Of a stretch of DNA of 34,806 bases, positions 1 to 9,781 are shown in pieces; the first letter of the stretch is position 1; each line of letters begins with the position of its first letter. This stretch comes from a virus. Taxonomy: Duplodnaviria > Caudoviricetes. Made by a program: the position numbers and the translations under genes. The stretch is taken from positions 1 to 34,806 of the IMG/VR virus record IMGVR_UViG_3300030450_002974; one strand, 5' to 3'. The notes below the pieces were generated by a model. It searched no databases, was not told the DNA's origin, and worked only from the letters and a program-made list of their open reading frames with translations.

Positions 1-3000
1 ACAACACAAACAATATTAAAACCAACACGAGCTAGAGGATTAGATACTTCTGCCGGAGAACAAATAGTAGGTAATCAATTACTTGAAGACCCTAGTTTTG
101 ATGTAAATGTCGCAGGTGGAGCTAGTGGACTCCACTGGGCATGCGATGTTACTGGAAATGATGGGCTTTCAATAACTGGAGGAAAAGCAGTTTGGGCTGA
201 TAGTGCAAGTGGTGATGATAGAAGATTGCAAGACCAGTCAGATGGTCCTTTTACTGATGTAACTGCTAGGTATAGAGTTACAGTAGTAATATCAGATTAT
301 ACTGATGGAGCTTTAAAATTTGTTTCTGGGTCTTACAATTCAGGTTATAATATTAGTGGAGTGGGAACTCATGTTATTGATATGTCTCCACTTTCAGGAG
401 GAGGTAATTTTCATTTAGATGGAAACGCAGCTGCAGATTTATCAGTCTCTGAGGTATCTTGTTATAAGCTAGAATCCTTTCCTAACAACAATCACGCACA
501 AATACATTCAGGTAGAGCATTAGAGTTTGATGGTGTTACTGATTATTTAGTAGCAGATAGTGTAGCTGCTCTTGCAGACTCTGATTTTACTGCAGCTATA
601 TGGATTAAACCTACTCTTGATGGCTATACTGGAGGTCCTGGTGGAAGAGTTCTTTTTTCTTTTCATGACGGTAGCAATAATAATAGATTGATTGTTTTTA
701 TAGCAGGGAGTATAAATGGAACTTTAAAAACTTACACAAATAGTGGTCTTAATTCAGGAAATACAAACACTCCTTTAACAGGAAGTTGGGAAAGAATTGT
801 ATTAGTAAAACAAGGCAATTCTATACAAACTTATAGAAATGGAGTTGCTGATGGAATAATTACTATGGCAGACACAATATCAGGTAGTGCTAAATTTAGT
901 ATTGGTCAAGAATGGGATGGTTCTACTGCTTCAGATTTTTATTTAGGAATGATGTCAGATTTTCAAATATGGAACTCTGTGTGGACAGCAGCTGATGCAG
1001 AATATGATTATCTTAATCCAGAACAATTAGTATTAAATAGAGGTGGTACATCGCTAACTAACTCTAATCTTAAACTATGGTACCCAATGAATGAAGGTCA
1101 TAGAGGTAATCAGTCTTATGTACTTGATGCTTCTAATACAGGTCTTGGTGATAATGTTCTTCTTAACGGAACATTTGATACAGATTTAAGTCAGTGGACA
1201 GTATTAAATAATACTGGAGATAATAACGTAACTTGGGTAAATGGTAAAGCTAGACTTTTATATGACCCTGCTATAGCTACAACTTCTTTAGGTATTAGTA
1301 CTAGCGCACAACCTGACCCAATGACAGCTGGTGTAAATTATAAAGTTACTTTTGATTTAGTAGCAACTTCTGGAGAATTAAAATTTTATGATGGAGCTAA
1401 TTATACTACAGGATTAGGAACAGGTTCTTATGTTGTTTATTTTAAAGCTGCCGCAGCTGATATTCAATTTAATAGAAATTCTTCAGGTCAAGCAACAGAC
1501 GTTACTATAGACAATGTAAAGATATACCCAGTAAACGCTAAACACAACGCAACAACTGTATTTTATGGTGATGAACTTGTAACTAATGGAGATATGGAAC
1601 TTGATGATAACTGGAACGACCAAAGCTCACCAACTACAAATGAAAGAAGCTCTACACGAGCTAATGGAGATAGTACATACTCTAGAAAGGCTGTTGGAGA
1701 TTCTACGGGAGATGGATTAAAAAGTGATACCTTTTCTCTTGTAGCAGGGCGTACTTATAAAGTTGAATTTTATTATTTTTTAGAAACAGGCTCTAATAAT
1801 CTTTTAGCAAGACTTCAAGATGGCGATGGGAACGATTTAAGTACCTCAGAATCACTTACAACTAAAAACGCTTGGACAAAGGTAACTTTTAGTAGAGTTG
1901 TTGAAACTAGTGGAAGCGCATCTTATTTTAAGATATATCAAAATGGTTCAGGTTCTTCAACATTTTATTTAGATGACGTTACAGTTAAAGAAGTAGGTAC
2001 AGCTATGGGATGGACAGATGCAGACCAACAACTTGATATATCTCAAACAGCTTTTCAGTCTTATAATCAGTTAGCTTGGCCACATGGAGCAAGTAATCAT
2101 CAAGTAAATATGGCTGATGGCGATAGTGATATGAAATTTACTACAGGTGATTTTACTATATCGTTTTGGATTATGCCTAATTCGAATACTCTAGATGGAT
2201 ATGTTTTAAGTAAGGGAGCATATAATACTTCAGGATATTATATTTATTATGACGGTTCTACTCGAAAAGTTTATTATCAAACAAATCAATCTAGTGCTGG
2301 TCAAGCAAATAATTCAAGCGCTCTCACTTTAGGTAAATGGCATCATTGTGTTGTAGCTATTAATGATAGCGGTACAGACTCTCAATGGTACATAAATGGA
2401 GAGGTAGATGTAGAAAAAGTTAACCATACAGCTCCTACTGCAGATACTAGAAATTTACAATTATATAATAGAGGTGGCGGTTCTGGTAATGCTAATTTTG
2501 GACTAACAGAATTATCTTTTTGGAATAAAACATTATCTCAAGCAGAGGTAACAGAAATATATAATGATGGTTTAGCCCTTGATGCTACAACTCATAGTGC
2601 TTCTAGTGATTTATTACACTATTGGAGAAATAATGGATTAGGTACATGGACAGATATAGGTAACGCAGGCTCTTTATACAATGGAACTCCAGCAAACATA
2701 ACACAATCAATGCTTATTACAGCAGGTGAAGACAGTTCAAGAGATTCACAAGGGTTCTTGATGAATAGGCAAAGACTTACTAATAGTTTGAACTTAAACA
2801 CAAACACTATTGCTGATGGAATTGATAATGGAGATAGAGCGATTGTTTCTGGTGGAACAGATTTAGGAACTGCTGATTTTTCTGTTAGCTTTTGGGCTTA
2901 TAAATTTCAAGACTGGAAAGACCAATGGGTTGTTAGTCAATATATAGATACTAATAATAGATGGTATATTAGAGCTAACGAATCAAACCCTCCTAGGTTT

Positions 3001-3351
3001 CATATATTTGGAAAAAGTGGTGGTAATGTTATTTTTAATATAACAGATAGTTCAACTAATTTAGACAGCTATTTAAATACTTGGGTACATGTTGTTTGTA
3101 CTGTAGATAGAGATGGTAGTGTAAAAATTTATTTTAATGGTTCAGAAATAAAATCAGCAGCAGTTGAAAGTGGACAACATAGTACATCTCTTACGTTTGC
3201 TTCAGATTTAATTATTGGTCAAAATGGCGATACTAGTTTTGATGACCATCATTTTGATGGAAAAATAGATGATTTACTAATTTATAGCGATAAGTTAGAA
3301 GCACCAGAAGTAACAAGAATTTATAAAGCAGGTAAAAGGAGTCATAGATAA
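1..3351 (+). CDS. Tail fibre/receptor-binding protein with three LamG (concanavalin-like) and three CBM-like modules; 5'-truncated
   Basis: Frame 1 is open from base 1 (TTQTILKPTRARGLDTS...), so the ORF starts before the track's 226. LamG motifs: ALEFDGVTDYL, FTAAIWIK, GMMSDFQIWN, FTISFWI, WHHCV, FDGKIDDLLIY. CBM-like motifs: NGTFD..W...IDNVKIY and NGDME..W...LDDVTVKE. Confidence 0.8.
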   Translation, partial: TTQTILKPTRARGLDTSAGEQIVGNQLLEDPSFDVNVAGGASGLHWACDVTGNDGLSITGGKAVWADSASGDDRRLQDQSDGPFTDVTARYRVTVVISDYTDGALKFVSGSYNSGYNISGVGTHVIDMSPLSGGGNFHLDGNAAADLSVSEVSCYKLESFPNNNHAQIHSGRALEFDGVTDYLVADSVAALADSDFTAAIWIKPTLDGYTGGPGGRVLFSFHDGSNNNRLIVFIAGSINGTLKTYTNSGLNSGNTNTPLTGSWERIVLVKQGNSIQTYRNGVADGIITMADTISGSAKFSIGQEWDGSTASDFYLGMMSDFQIWNSVWTAADAEYDYLNPEQLVLNRGGTSLTNSNLKLWYPMNEGHRGNQSYVLDASNTGLGDNVLLNGTFDTDLSQWTVLNNTGDNNVTWVNGKARLLYDPAIATTSLGISTSAQPDPMTAGVNYKVTFDLVATSGELKFYDGANYTTGLGTGSYVVYFKAAAADIQFNRNSSGQATDVTIDNVKIYPVNAKHNATTVFYGDELVTNGDMELDDNWNDQSSPTTNERSSTRANGDSTYSRKAVGDSTGDGLKSDTFSLVAGRTYKVEFYYFLETGSNNLLARLQDGDGNDLSTSESLTTKNAWTKVTFSRVVETSGSASYFKIYQNGSGSSTFYLDDVTVKEVGTAMGWTDADQQLDISQTAFQSYNQLAWPHGASNHQVNMADGDSDMKFTTGDFTISFWIMPNSNTLDGYVLSKGAYNTSGYYIYYDGSTRKVYYQTNQSSAGQANNSSALTLGKWHHCVVAINDSGTDSQWYINGEVDVEKVNHTAPTADTRNLQLYNRGGGSGNANFGLTELSFWNKTLSQAEVTEIYNDGLALDATTHSASSDLLHYWRNNGLGTWTDIGNAGSLYNGTPANITQSMLITAGEDSSRDSQGFLMNRQRLTNSLNLNTNTIADGIDNGDRAIVSGGTDLGTADFSVSFWAYKFQDWKDQWVVSQYIDTNNRWYIRANESNPPRFHIFGKSGGNVIFNITDSSTNLDSYLNTWVHVVCTVDRDGSVKIYFNGSEIKSAAVESGQHSTSLTFASDLIIGQNGDTSFDDHHFDGKIDDLLIYSDKLEAPEVTRIYKAGKRSHR

Positions 3352-3704
3352 TGGCACATTATGAAATGTATTTTTGTATACCTAGCAGTGCATTTGATAG
3401 TGCTGTTGGTGACAAAATAAAAGGGTTATACCCTATAGTAGAATCAGTTAATGAAGAAACTGAAGAAGTAACTTATAAGTCAGCACCTACATGGTATGAT
3501 ATTATAATGGCAGGTAAAGTAGGACCACCTAGATATTCACACGATAAGTCTTATGTTATCATTAAAGGTGAGTGGTCTATGAAAGATGGAGTCCTATCAG
3601 AACTTATAGCACTAGGTGATGGAGTAGCTTATCCTAACTTTAGTGTATTAACTAAAACAGAAGCACAAACACTAGTAGCAAGTTCTACTTTTACAGGTGA
3701 ATAA
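3351..3704 (+). CDS. Hypothetical protein, possible fibre-associated/assembly protein
   Basis: 117 aa; stop/start overlap with the fibre gene; AGGAG upstream. Confidence 0.6.
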   Translation: MAHYEMYFCIPSSAFDSAVGDKIKGLYPIVESVNEETEEVTYKSAPTWYDIIMAGKVGPPRYSHDKSYVIIKGEWSMKDGVLSELIALGDGVAYPNFSVLTKTEAQTLVASSTFTGE

Positions 3705-3737
3705 TATGATTAAAATAATTGGGAGAACTAAAATATA

Positions 3738-3935
3738 ATGGCTATATTTATATACTGTGAAGACTGTGAAAAAACAGTAAAACCAAACAGTTGTAAGCAT
3801 AAAAAAGGATTTAATCAAACTCGTGGAGATATAAGTAAATATATAAACATGAGAAAAACTTGGAGCGGGCAAACTCAGGTAGAGTTTTCTCAAACAACAA
3901 TAGACCAGGACATAGCAGATAGGAATAGTAGATAG
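3738..3935 (+). CDS. Small Zn-finger-like hypothetical protein
   Basis: 65 aa with CEDC...CKH; GGAG upstream. Confidence 0.6.
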   Translation: MAIFIYCEDCEKTVKPNSCKHKKGFNQTRGDISKYINMRKTWSGQTQVEFSQTTIDQDIADRNSR

Positions 3936-4594
3936 TGGCAACATTTAATGCACAAATAAATGATTATATTGGAAGTTTTTCTGATACAGATGCTATGGAG
4001 CAATTCTTAAGAGATGGATTAAAACAATTATATAATATCCTTCCTCCTGAAAAACTATTAGAATGTGTTACTCATACAGAACTTAATAACTCACCGTCTA
4101 CTTTAGCCTTAAATACAGTAACTATTGGGCCAGTATTATCAGTTACAAGAAAAGATTCAAAAGGCTTTAATCAAATATGCAGGCAGGTATCTCCTGTAAT
4201 GGCTTCAAGAGTTACTGATACAAGTGATTTAATGCATGCGAAAGAAACAGACCCTGTATATTTTGTTAAAAACTCAGTTTTAAATGTTTATCCAGACCCT
4301 ACAGCAAGTCAAACTGCAGAAGTATTATATTTGCCACTTACTCAAATAGCTAATGGAGATAGTGCTGTAGCTAATTTATCTAATGATATGGAATATATAG
4401 TTGTATTGTATGCAGCAATAAAATGTGCTGAAAGTTTGTTAGCCACAGAAGAAGATACAGAATTATATGTGCCAATGATAACATCATTAAAACAAGATTA
4501 TGTACAGTCTTTACAAATGATGGGTGTTCAAAGAGCGCAAGCACCTAGACAAGCTGCGCCAAATACAACAGGCGGAGGTAGAGATGAAGGTTAA
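3935..4594 (+). CDS. Putative head-tail adaptor / tail tubular protein A-like
   Basis: 219 aa, GTG start. N-terminal helices (FLRDGLKQL), beta core (PVYFVKNSVLNVYPDPT, EVLYL), C-terminal helix (YIVVLYAAIKC). Lies in the tail module. Confidence 0.55.
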   Translation: MATFNAQINDYIGSFSDTDAMEQFLRDGLKQLYNILPPEKLLECVTHTELNNSPSTLALNTVTIGPVLSVTRKDSKGFNQICRQVSPVMASRVTDTSDLMHAKETDPVYFVKNSVLNVYPDPTASQTAEVLYLPLTQIANGDSAVANLSNDMEYIVVLYAAIKCAESLLATEEDTELYVPMITSLKQDYVQSLQMMGVQRAQAPRQAAPNTTGGGRDEG

Positions 4595-4970
4595 AGATTT
4601 AATACAACAAGTAGAATACACAATGGGAAGGCAACCCGAACAGTATATGTTGCAACTTATAAATGACGCATTAATGGATATGTCAGGTAAAGTACAACAT
4701 TATACTACAGAAAAAATACAAAATTTAAATTCAAAACAAAGATGGTACAAATTAGATGACTCTGTTGTAGATATTACAAGAGTTGAGATTCTTTCTACAC
4801 CATCAGATGCGTCTTGCAGTATTGGTAGTTATTCTAATCAAACTGATTGTGAGTCTAACGGAGGGACTTGGACTGTTCCTGAAGGTAGATATACTAGAAT
4901 ACCATTATTAGCAGATTCACATAAATTATTAAAAAATGATACAGACGAAACGTCTGATTCATTAAAATAG
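4584..4970 (+). CDS. Adaptor-like protein, N-terminal half (split paralogue)
   Basis: Start moved to ATG 4584 (GGAGG just upstream). MKVKDLIQQVE...LINDAL...QRWYKL..VDITRVEI resembles the adaptor N-half. Confidence 0.55.
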   Translation: MKVKDLIQQVEYTMGRQPEQYMLQLINDALMDMSGKVQHYTTEKIQNLNSKQRWYKLDDSVVDITRVEILSTPSDASCSIGSYSNQTDCESNGGTWTVPEGRYTRIPLLADSHKLLKNDTDETSDSLK

Positions 4971-4979
4971 GAGTAAAAA

Positions 4980-5459
4980 ATGGCAAGTACATTAACAGCC
5001 TCAACAATGACAGTTTCTGTATCAGAATCTATCACGCTTAATGGAAAAAATCAAGGTGGGACAACAACAACAACAATTTCATCTATTTCTGAAATAACAA
5101 AAAGAATCTTAAGTATTACTACTACTGAAGCTGTAATAGCTACATTTAGTGCGGCTGTAGCTTCTGCTGGGCATTATGTTGCAGCTAATGTGAGGTATAT
5201 AAGATTTACCAATCTTGATGATGCAGCTTTTGTTGCATTAACATTTAGAAATCAAGACAATGATGAAGTATCTATTAAGCTTGATTATGGGCAAAGTTTT
5301 ATATGGAATGGTGATAATGGTAATGGTATGACAGCGGTTATGAACGCAACTCAAGATGCAGATGCTTCTTCTTTTGCAAATTTCGGAAGCTTAACAAACA
5401 TTCAAGCTGACGCAGAAACTGGTACCGTAGATTTAGAAATGGTTATAGCATCAGTATAG
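4980..5459 (+). CDS. Thr/Ala/Ser-rich beta-strand virion protein
   Basis: 159 aa; AGGAG SD; SESITLNG...KRI...VRYIRFTNLDD pattern; structural module context. Confidence 0.6.
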   Translation: MASTLTASTMTVSVSESITLNGKNQGGTTTTTISSISEITKRILSITTTEAVIATFSAAVASAGHYVAANVRYIRFTNLDDAAFVALTFRNQDNDEVSIKLDYGQSFIWNGDNGNGMTAVMNATQDADASSFANFGSLTNIQADAETGTVDLEMVIASV

Positions 5460-5467
5460 GAGCTTAA

Positions 5468-5866
5468 ATGGCTACAAATAAAAGAAGTTATCCTAATAGT
5501 TATTTCGCATGGTATAATGACGATGATAGGTTAGCTATTGTATGTAAAGTATTATCTAACGACACAACAGAAACTGTAATAGACAAGTATGATACATATT
5601 CTGGAGATAGCGTAGTAGGCGGTCTTCGTATACATACTCATTCTAAGTATGGCATAGTAGAAGAAGTAACAGATGATTTAAAATCTAATTCAGGACTTGA
5701 TACTTCACTACATGCATCTATTATTGATTATATTAAATCAAGATTATTAGAAGATACGGGTGATTTGCAAAGAGCTGCATATTATAGAAATAAATATGAA
5801 AGAACTATTAAGCAATACCCTCACAGAAAAAGTGGAGTAAGGTCTTTATCAGTACCTAGATTATAA
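5468..5866 (+). CDS. Adaptor-like protein, C-terminal half (split paralogue)
   Basis: FAWYNDDDRLAI...GLRIH...LHASIIDYIKSRLLED.GD..RAAYY resembles the adaptor C-half; AGGAG SD. Confidence 0.5.
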   Translation: MATNKRSYPNSYFAWYNDDDRLAIVCKVLSNDTTETVIDKYDTYSGDSVVGGLRIHTHSKYGIVEEVTDDLKSNSGLDTSLHASIIDYIKSRLLEDTGDLQRAAYYRNKYERTIKQYPHRKSGVRSLSVPRL

Positions 5867-5867
5867 T

Positions 5868-6167
5868 ATGGATGTATTTCAAGCAATAGAACAATTTGGT
5901 GTACCTGTAGTAATGACTGTAGCATTTGGTTATTTTATATGGAAGCAAAACAATTGGATTCAAGATGATTTAAAGAAAGATTTAGATGATGCTAATGATA
6001 GATTTGAAGGTATCGTTATAAAGCTTATAGATGCCCAAAAACAGATGCAATTAGGACAAGAAGATATAAAGTCAAGCTATAGAGCTATTGTAGAAATTCT
6101 TGCTGCATTAAGCGGAAATGGGCTTAAAGAAAGATTTTTAAAAAACAAGAAGTATGAACAACATTAG
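5868..6167 (+). CDS. Holin-like membrane protein (BhlA/UviB-type architecture)
   Basis: Single N-terminal TM segment (FGVPVVMTVAFGYFIW) followed by a coiled coil; 99 aa. Confidence 0.5.
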   Translation: MDVFQAIEQFGVPVVMTVAFGYFIWKQNNWIQDDLKKDLDDANDRFEGIVIKLIDAQKQMQLGQEDIKSSYRAIVEILAALSGNGLKERFLKNKKYEQH

Positions 6168-6175
6168 GAGGTATT

Positions 6176-6502
6176 ATGCCACAAGGTGAAGGAACGTATG
6201 GGTCTAAAGTTGGAAGACCTAAAAAAGAAAAGATGAAAAAAATTGCAAAAACCATTGGGAAAGCGAATAAGACCAATTTAAAAGGTACAAATGCTGACAA
6301 GATTATAAGTCCTACTGTAAAAGGTCTTAAAAAAAGCGGCAAAGCGATTAAAAAAATTGCAAAAACCATTGGGAAAAAAGCTAATAAAGCCCTGCAAGAA
6401 AATAAAGATGTAATTGGTGCTGTAGCAGCAGGTGCCATGTATGGTTATGTTAGGGGGAAAGACGCAAGAGGTCGCTCAGAAAAAAAAAGAGGACCAAAAT
6501 AA
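6176..6502 (+). CDS. Lys-rich basic protein with internal duplication
   Basis: AGGAGG SD; MPQGEGTYGSKVGRPKK N-terminus; KKIAKTIGK occurs twice; hydrophobic VIGAVAAGAMYGYV. Confidence 0.6.
   Translation: MPQGEGTYGSKVGRPKKEKMKKIAKTIGKANKTNLKGTNADKIISPTVKGLKKSGKAIKKIAKTIGKKANKALQENKDVIGAVAAGAMYGYVRGKDARGRSEKKRGPK
6236..6376 (+). repeat. 27-bp perfect direct repeat (6236-6262 and 6350-6376)
   Basis: AAAAAAATTGCAAAAACCATTGGGAAA twice, 114 bp apart, in frame. Confidence 0.9.
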
Positions 6503-6532
6503 ATAATTAATTAAATAACAAAGGAGTTATTA

Positions 6533-6718
6533 ATGTCAGGATTTGGTAAAATTGTTGCTGGATATATATTCAATGACGAAATGAAAGAAAAAATGATAAG
6601 TAAAATGAATGAGAATGTAGATATTCCATTTATATCAGAAAAAACAGAAGCTAAAATATTAGACGCTATCTGGGACTCTGTTGAAGAGGTAGTTAAGGAA
6701 GCTTTAATAGAAGACTAA
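6533..6718 (+). CDS. Small acidic hypothetical protein
   Basis: 61 aa; AAGGAG SD; NENVDIPFISEKTE motif. Confidence 0.65.
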   Translation: MSGFGKIVAGYIFNDEMKEKMISKMNENVDIPFISEKTEAKILDAIWDSVEEVVKEALIED

Positions 6719-9700
6719 ATGCCTAAACAAGTATACCATATAAAAGCTTTTGAAGGTGGTATCAACAAAAAGGCTGACCCAAGAGACATAGAAGACAATC
6801 AATTAGTAGAAGCTACTAATGTAAATGTTTCTAATGTAGGTAGAGTAACAATGTCAGGTAATGGTAAATCTTCGTTTGTTACAGTAAACGCAGAAAATGT
6901 TCCTGTAAGTCCTACAGATAGTGAAGGTCAAGATAGGTTTGATAACGAAACGCCCATATCGTCAGGTCATGGGCTATTTTCATTTACACACGATTATGAT
7001 TTTAATAATACAAGTGTTACTGACAATACTGGCCCTAATGAAGTTAATACAGAATTTATATGTGTTAATGATGGGGCAGATATAGATATATGGACAGATA
7101 ATTTTGAAGGAACAGACTATGGGCCTTGGAAAGATTCTCTTATATCTATGGGTATTGTACATAACACAGGTACTGATGGTAATAGTGAAAATTTATTAGA
7201 TGTAAAAGGTGTAAAGCCCATTTATTATAAAGCTGGCAATGGACTAAGAGTCTGTGATGCTAATTTTAGTGAAGAAGTTGTTGAGAGAGCTATGGTAAGT
7301 GGTGTTAATTTAACAGTTTCTGGTGTTAGCTTAACAACTGAAGCGGGTAAATTTAAAGCTTCTGATGTAGGTACTTATATTAAAATTGATAGTGAAGTTA
7401 TGAAAATAACCGCTTATAGTGCTGGCACTGGTTCTGGTAGTAATGATGTTCTAACTGTTGAAAGAGCTAGGTTTAGCACTAAATCAGAAGCTCATCATGC
7501 TGATAGTGGAAATAAAAATATTATTAAAATTAATGTGCCTAAAGTATTTACTCATATTAAACGTCCTATGCTTAAAAATGCAGGAGCTAATACAGATATA
7601 AATAGATGGGTTGAAGATATACAAGCTCCAGAAACCCCTAAATCTGGCAGTTTTAAAGTTTTTAATTTTAACCCTTTAGGAATTTTAGGGGACGCTTTAA
7701 GTGAGGACTCTTTATATCCTAGCAGTCCTGAAAATGTATTTTTAGGCTTAGATTTTATTGAGTCTGATGCAAATGCAACTTTTACTCTTAAAGATGCTAC
7801 TGCTATACAATTAGAATCTGGGAACAGTACTGAACAAATAATTGTTTTAACTGTGGCTGACGAAAGTACAGGCAATGCAATTGATGTAACAAATCTTAAT
7901 TATGGTTTTGCTATAGGTAAATTTTTGTCAATATCAAATGCAGGTACAGAAGCTGGAAATACTGATGGCTCTGCATTAAATGGAGTTCATGAAATTGTTG
8001 GTTTTGGTAGTAGTGATGGTGAAGTAAAAATATCTAGTGAGTTTGTAACATATACACAAGAAGGTAGTGAAGAAGTTGTTTTAGAAGACCAAATAATAGA
8101 TGACAATCTTAAAAATAAATATATATTTGGCATGTCTTATCTTTATGATGGGGGCGGTAGTGAAATGCAAGAATCTAATATTTCTACAGCTCATTCAGCA
8201 GTAGGTACGCCTCTTATAAATATAGCCGAAGAGTCAAATTTTGCAAATATAGAAAATTGGCTAACAGCGCCAAATGATTGTTCTAGCGAAACAGCTTTAG
8301 CTCATGGGTCTGAAAATAACAATTGGAAAAGAGCAAATGTAAGTAATGCGCAATGTGATAGTAATGGGCATGATTTTTTGTTTTACAAAAGCCCATCACA
8401 AACTGTAAGCACAAATACTGATTATAATGTTCATATTAAATATAGGTCTACAGGAACTGGGCAAATGAAAGTTTATGTCGGTGTAGGTAGGGACCAAGCT
8501 GTTCCAGGTTCTGGAATGGTTGATGGGACTAATTTTAAAACTATTACTTTAACAAACACTGGAAATTCAGTTATAAATACAGCATCTTTTACTGTTAAAA
8601 CTCATGCTAGTAGCATTGATTCAGATGCTATAGTTGCAATTTCAGCAAATGGTTTAGGTAGTTCAGAATTATTAAAAGTTAAACAAGTTCTTGTTTATTC
8701 AACAGCGACTTCTGAAATGACCAGTTCAGATGCTATAGATTTTAGAATGACTCCAAATATTGTTAATTCAAATATTTCGTTTTTATGCAACAATTCTAGG
8801 AGAGGCACATTTAATTCTACAACCCAATATAATAGTTGGAATGAACGTATTGAGGGCTTTAGGATATATATGAAACAAGTAGATTTAATTGACGAGGGAC
8901 TTGCAAGTGAATGGTTAATGCTATATGATGTAAATTTAAAAGAAGGAACATACATTATGCATGCTAAAGATGCTGATGTAGAAAATTTAAGAAAAGGTGA
9001 TATAGATGGAGACGATTGGGGAGAAACAGAAACAACAGCCAGCAGAGCAGTTGTTACGAATAATTTGAGTGGCGATTCTATAAGGAATATACCTCTTATC
9101 ACTTATGAAGCAAATAATGGTTATGATGCAGACACAACTTTAGCTGCTAGGTATAAAGCAACAGCAACTGTAGATAGAAAAGTATATATAGGTAATTTAA
9201 AAATTGGTGACAAAACATTTCCAGATAGAATGTTAAGGTCAGATACAGATAAGTTTGATACATTCCCAGATGATGGTACACATTTTATTGATGTAGCTAC
9301 TTCTGATGGGGAAAGTATTGTTGCACTTGAATCAGTTGGAGATAAATTAATACAATATAAAGAAAAAACTGCATATTTAATTAAAGTAACATCTGAAGGT
9401 GAAGAATTGTTAAATACATGGTCTGGAGCTGGAATTAAAAACTCATGTCAAGTAGCTAAATCTAATGAGGGTATATTTTGGGTTAATTCAAATGGTATAT
9501 ATTATTATGATGGTGAAAAATTAAGTAATGTAAGTTCAGATAAATTTAGAATAGATAATTGGTTAACAAATGAAGATTTCAAGAGGCCTGTAATAGTTGG
9601 TTATGATAAATACTCTAATAAGTTGATTATATTAACAACAAATATTTCAGGAGCTTCAAGTAGTGGATATATATATGATATAGCTAATAGCTCTATAACT

Positions 9701-9781
9701 CAACATGACAATTTATTTAACTGGTATCAATTATCTAACCCAAGTGACGTAATAATAGGTAATACAGAAAGTGAGCTATAA
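6719..9781 (+). CDS. Tail nozzle / tail tubular protein B-like (beta-propeller), N-terminal part, with inserted accessory domains
   Basis: N-terminal FEGGINKKADPRDI..NQ...NV...GR motif; C-terminal propeller blades (RKVYIGN, DGESIVAL, GIFWVNSNGIYYYDG, IVGYD). Confidence 0.65.
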   Translation: MPKQVYHIKAFEGGINKKADPRDIEDNQLVEATNVNVSNVGRVTMSGNGKSSFVTVNAENVPVSPTDSEGQDRFDNETPISSGHGLFSFTHDYDFNNTSVTDNTGPNEVNTEFICVNDGADIDIWTDNFEGTDYGPWKDSLISMGIVHNTGTDGNSENLLDVKGVKPIYYKAGNGLRVCDANFSEEVVERAMVSGVNLTVSGVSLTTEAGKFKASDVGTYIKIDSEVMKITAYSAGTGSGSNDVLTVERARFSTKSEAHHADSGNKNIIKINVPKVFTHIKRPMLKNAGANTDINRWVEDIQAPETPKSGSFKVFNFNPLGILGDALSEDSLYPSSPENVFLGLDFIESDANATFTLKDATAIQLESGNSTEQIIVLTVADESTGNAIDVTNLNYGFAIGKFLSISNAGTEAGNTDGSALNGVHEIVGFGSSDGEVKISSEFVTYTQEGSEEVVLEDQIIDDNLKNKYIFGMSYLYDGGGSEMQESNISTAHSAVGTPLINIAEESNFANIENWLTAPNDCSSETALAHGSENNNWKRANVSNAQCDSNGHDFLFYKSPSQTVSTNTDYNVHIKYRSTGTGQMKVYVGVGRDQAVPGSGMVDGTNFKTITLTNTGNSVINTASFTVKTHASSIDSDAIVAISANGLGSSELLKVKQVLVYSTATSEMTSSDAIDFRMTPNIVNSNISFLCNNSRRGTFNSTTQYNSWNERIEGFRIYMKQVDLIDEGLASEWLMLYDVNLKEGTYIMHAKDADVENLRKGDIDGDDWGETETTASRAVVTNNLSGDSIRNIPLITYEANNGYDADTTLAARYKATATVDRKVYIGNLKIGDKTFPDRMLRSDTDKFDTFPDDGTHFIDVATSDGESIVALESVGDKLIQYKEKTAYLIKVTSEGEELLNTWSGAGIKNSCQVAKSNEGIFWVNSNGIYYYDGEKLSNVSSDKFRIDNWLTNEDFKRPVIVGYDKYSNKLIILTTNISGASSSGYIYDIANSSITQHDNLFNWYQLSNPSDVIIGNTESEL

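Noticed and set aside
5061-5076. (ACA)n run
   Set aside because: Short Thr codon run; not informative.
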